In this document: positions 62,974-64,000 of the stretch, in pieces | How positions within the stretch are numbered: the first letter of the stretch is position 1 | Layout of the letters: each line of letters opens with the position of its first letter | Assembly (NCBI GenBank): GCA_051294905.1 | Contig: CM119378.1 | Span: 8,742,001 to 8,806,000 of the forward strand | Direction: 5' to 3' | DNA: 64,000 nucleotides | Source: Botryllus schlosseri | Lineage: Eukaryota | Program-made: the position numbers and the translations under genes | Notes under the pieces: generated by a model | Databases searched by the model: none | Seen by the model: the letters and a program-made list of their open reading frames with translations, nothing else | What the model was told of the DNA's origin: nothing

Positions 62974-63310
62974 GTGAGTGAAATTTTTTCAAAATTTGTC
63001 GGGTGGGCAAATGTGGCTGCGATAACAGAAATTGTCGGCCGCTAAAATTGTATAGTCCTGATCTGCCGAGTTACTCTTTGGGTAGTGCAGACACAAAAAT
63101 CCTTATTCTGCCCCACTCTGCAGACCCGTTTCCAGTTAAAGTTTAAACAAAAATCACATATTTTCAACTTTGAAAAGATATATTACATGCAATCGGGCAG
63201 TGTTTCTCCAACTTTTTTCGATCATGCGCCACCAAGTCGATTTTTCTTTACTGCGCACCATGTGACTCCTGTGTTACTTGATTTACTCAGATGATCCAAT
63301 CATTATTAGT

Positions 63311-63400
63311 AGGGCAAGCTTTTGTTGCACTAAAATCGCGAGAAAGGTGCATTGAATTTTACCAAAAGTTGCATTTATAATTTTTGTTGAATTATTAGGG
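63311..63400. repeat. Diverged relative of the TAGGGCAAG MITE end
   Basis: tagggcaagcttttgttgca…aaaagttgcattta resembles the 9214 left end. Confidence 0.4.
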
Positions 63401-64000
63401 TATGAGGTACTCGAAAGGTTCCGTTGTATAACCTAGTTCCTGCAGAGCTGTCGAATTTGTTACTTAGCCATTTAACGGTCTGACGAAACCGGCAAAAATG
63501 ACAATTTTCCCCGCAATGCAGGAATAATTTTTCCCAAAAAAGCCAAACAGCATTGCGATAACCCCTTCCCCCTAAAACCAGTCGAACAACAAACCACAAA
63601 CCCCCTAGGTCTGCAAACTTGACCCAAGGCATTACAGAAAAACTCACTGTTGGCGACTTTAACAAATTCAATAGCCTGAAAAGGGTGACCCAGTGAATAT
63701 GTAATTTTCGGCGGTCTGGTTGTTCGTGAAATGGGAAACTATTTCAAATTTTAACAGCAGAATTTATAAAGCAATCTATTCACATATTGTTCGGGCACGG
63801 TCGTGCTTGGCAGGGGTAGTTGAACTTCTTGCTTACAAGCCATTGTGTCATAGATAACAGTGAGACGAAGATAACCCATCATATAGCTCTTTGTTATGCA
63901 AATCAAAGAGAATAGAACCATACTGGAAATGGTTTACAGCCGGTTTTTAAATCACTCCTTTACATTTTTACGCAATATTTGATCAAAGTTTCAGTAAAAA

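Overview
This is a gene-dense animal (invertebrate) genomic window, not a prokaryotic one. Spliceosomal GT-AG introns run from about 55 nt to several kb, and DNA-transposon, SINE and LINE relics are abundant. Seven protein-coding genes are recognisable: RNASEH2B (+, single exon), cortactin (+, 17 coding exons), EXTL3 (-, 17 coding exons), an endosomal Na+/H+ exchanger of the SLC9A6/7/9 group (+, single exon), ATE1 (+, conserved CDS in one exon), PIGC (+, single exon), and an ASAP-family ArfGAP (+, at least 19 exons, running off the right end). An ascidian/tunicate-like source is my best guess from gene compaction and intron gain and loss; this is inference only. The most interesting signals are: (1) normally multi-exon housekeeping genes appear intronless, in same-strand runs, with splice acceptors just before their ATGs, resembling spliced-leader operons; (2) a 60-nt intron upstream of ATE1 changes which upstream ATGs are open; (3) an unexplained 241-codon antisense ORF and a transmembrane-coding segment are nested in an ASAP intron; (4) cortactin has 7.5 actin-binding repeats and a long E/R-rich helix; (5) a perfect CLEAR palindrome lies upstream of the endosomal NHE; (6) the palindrome TAGGCCTA is strongly enriched. 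No CRISPR array, rRNA or bona fide tRNA gene was found. All exon models were assembled by eye from homology recalled from memory plus splice-site and phase consistency. No database searches were run.
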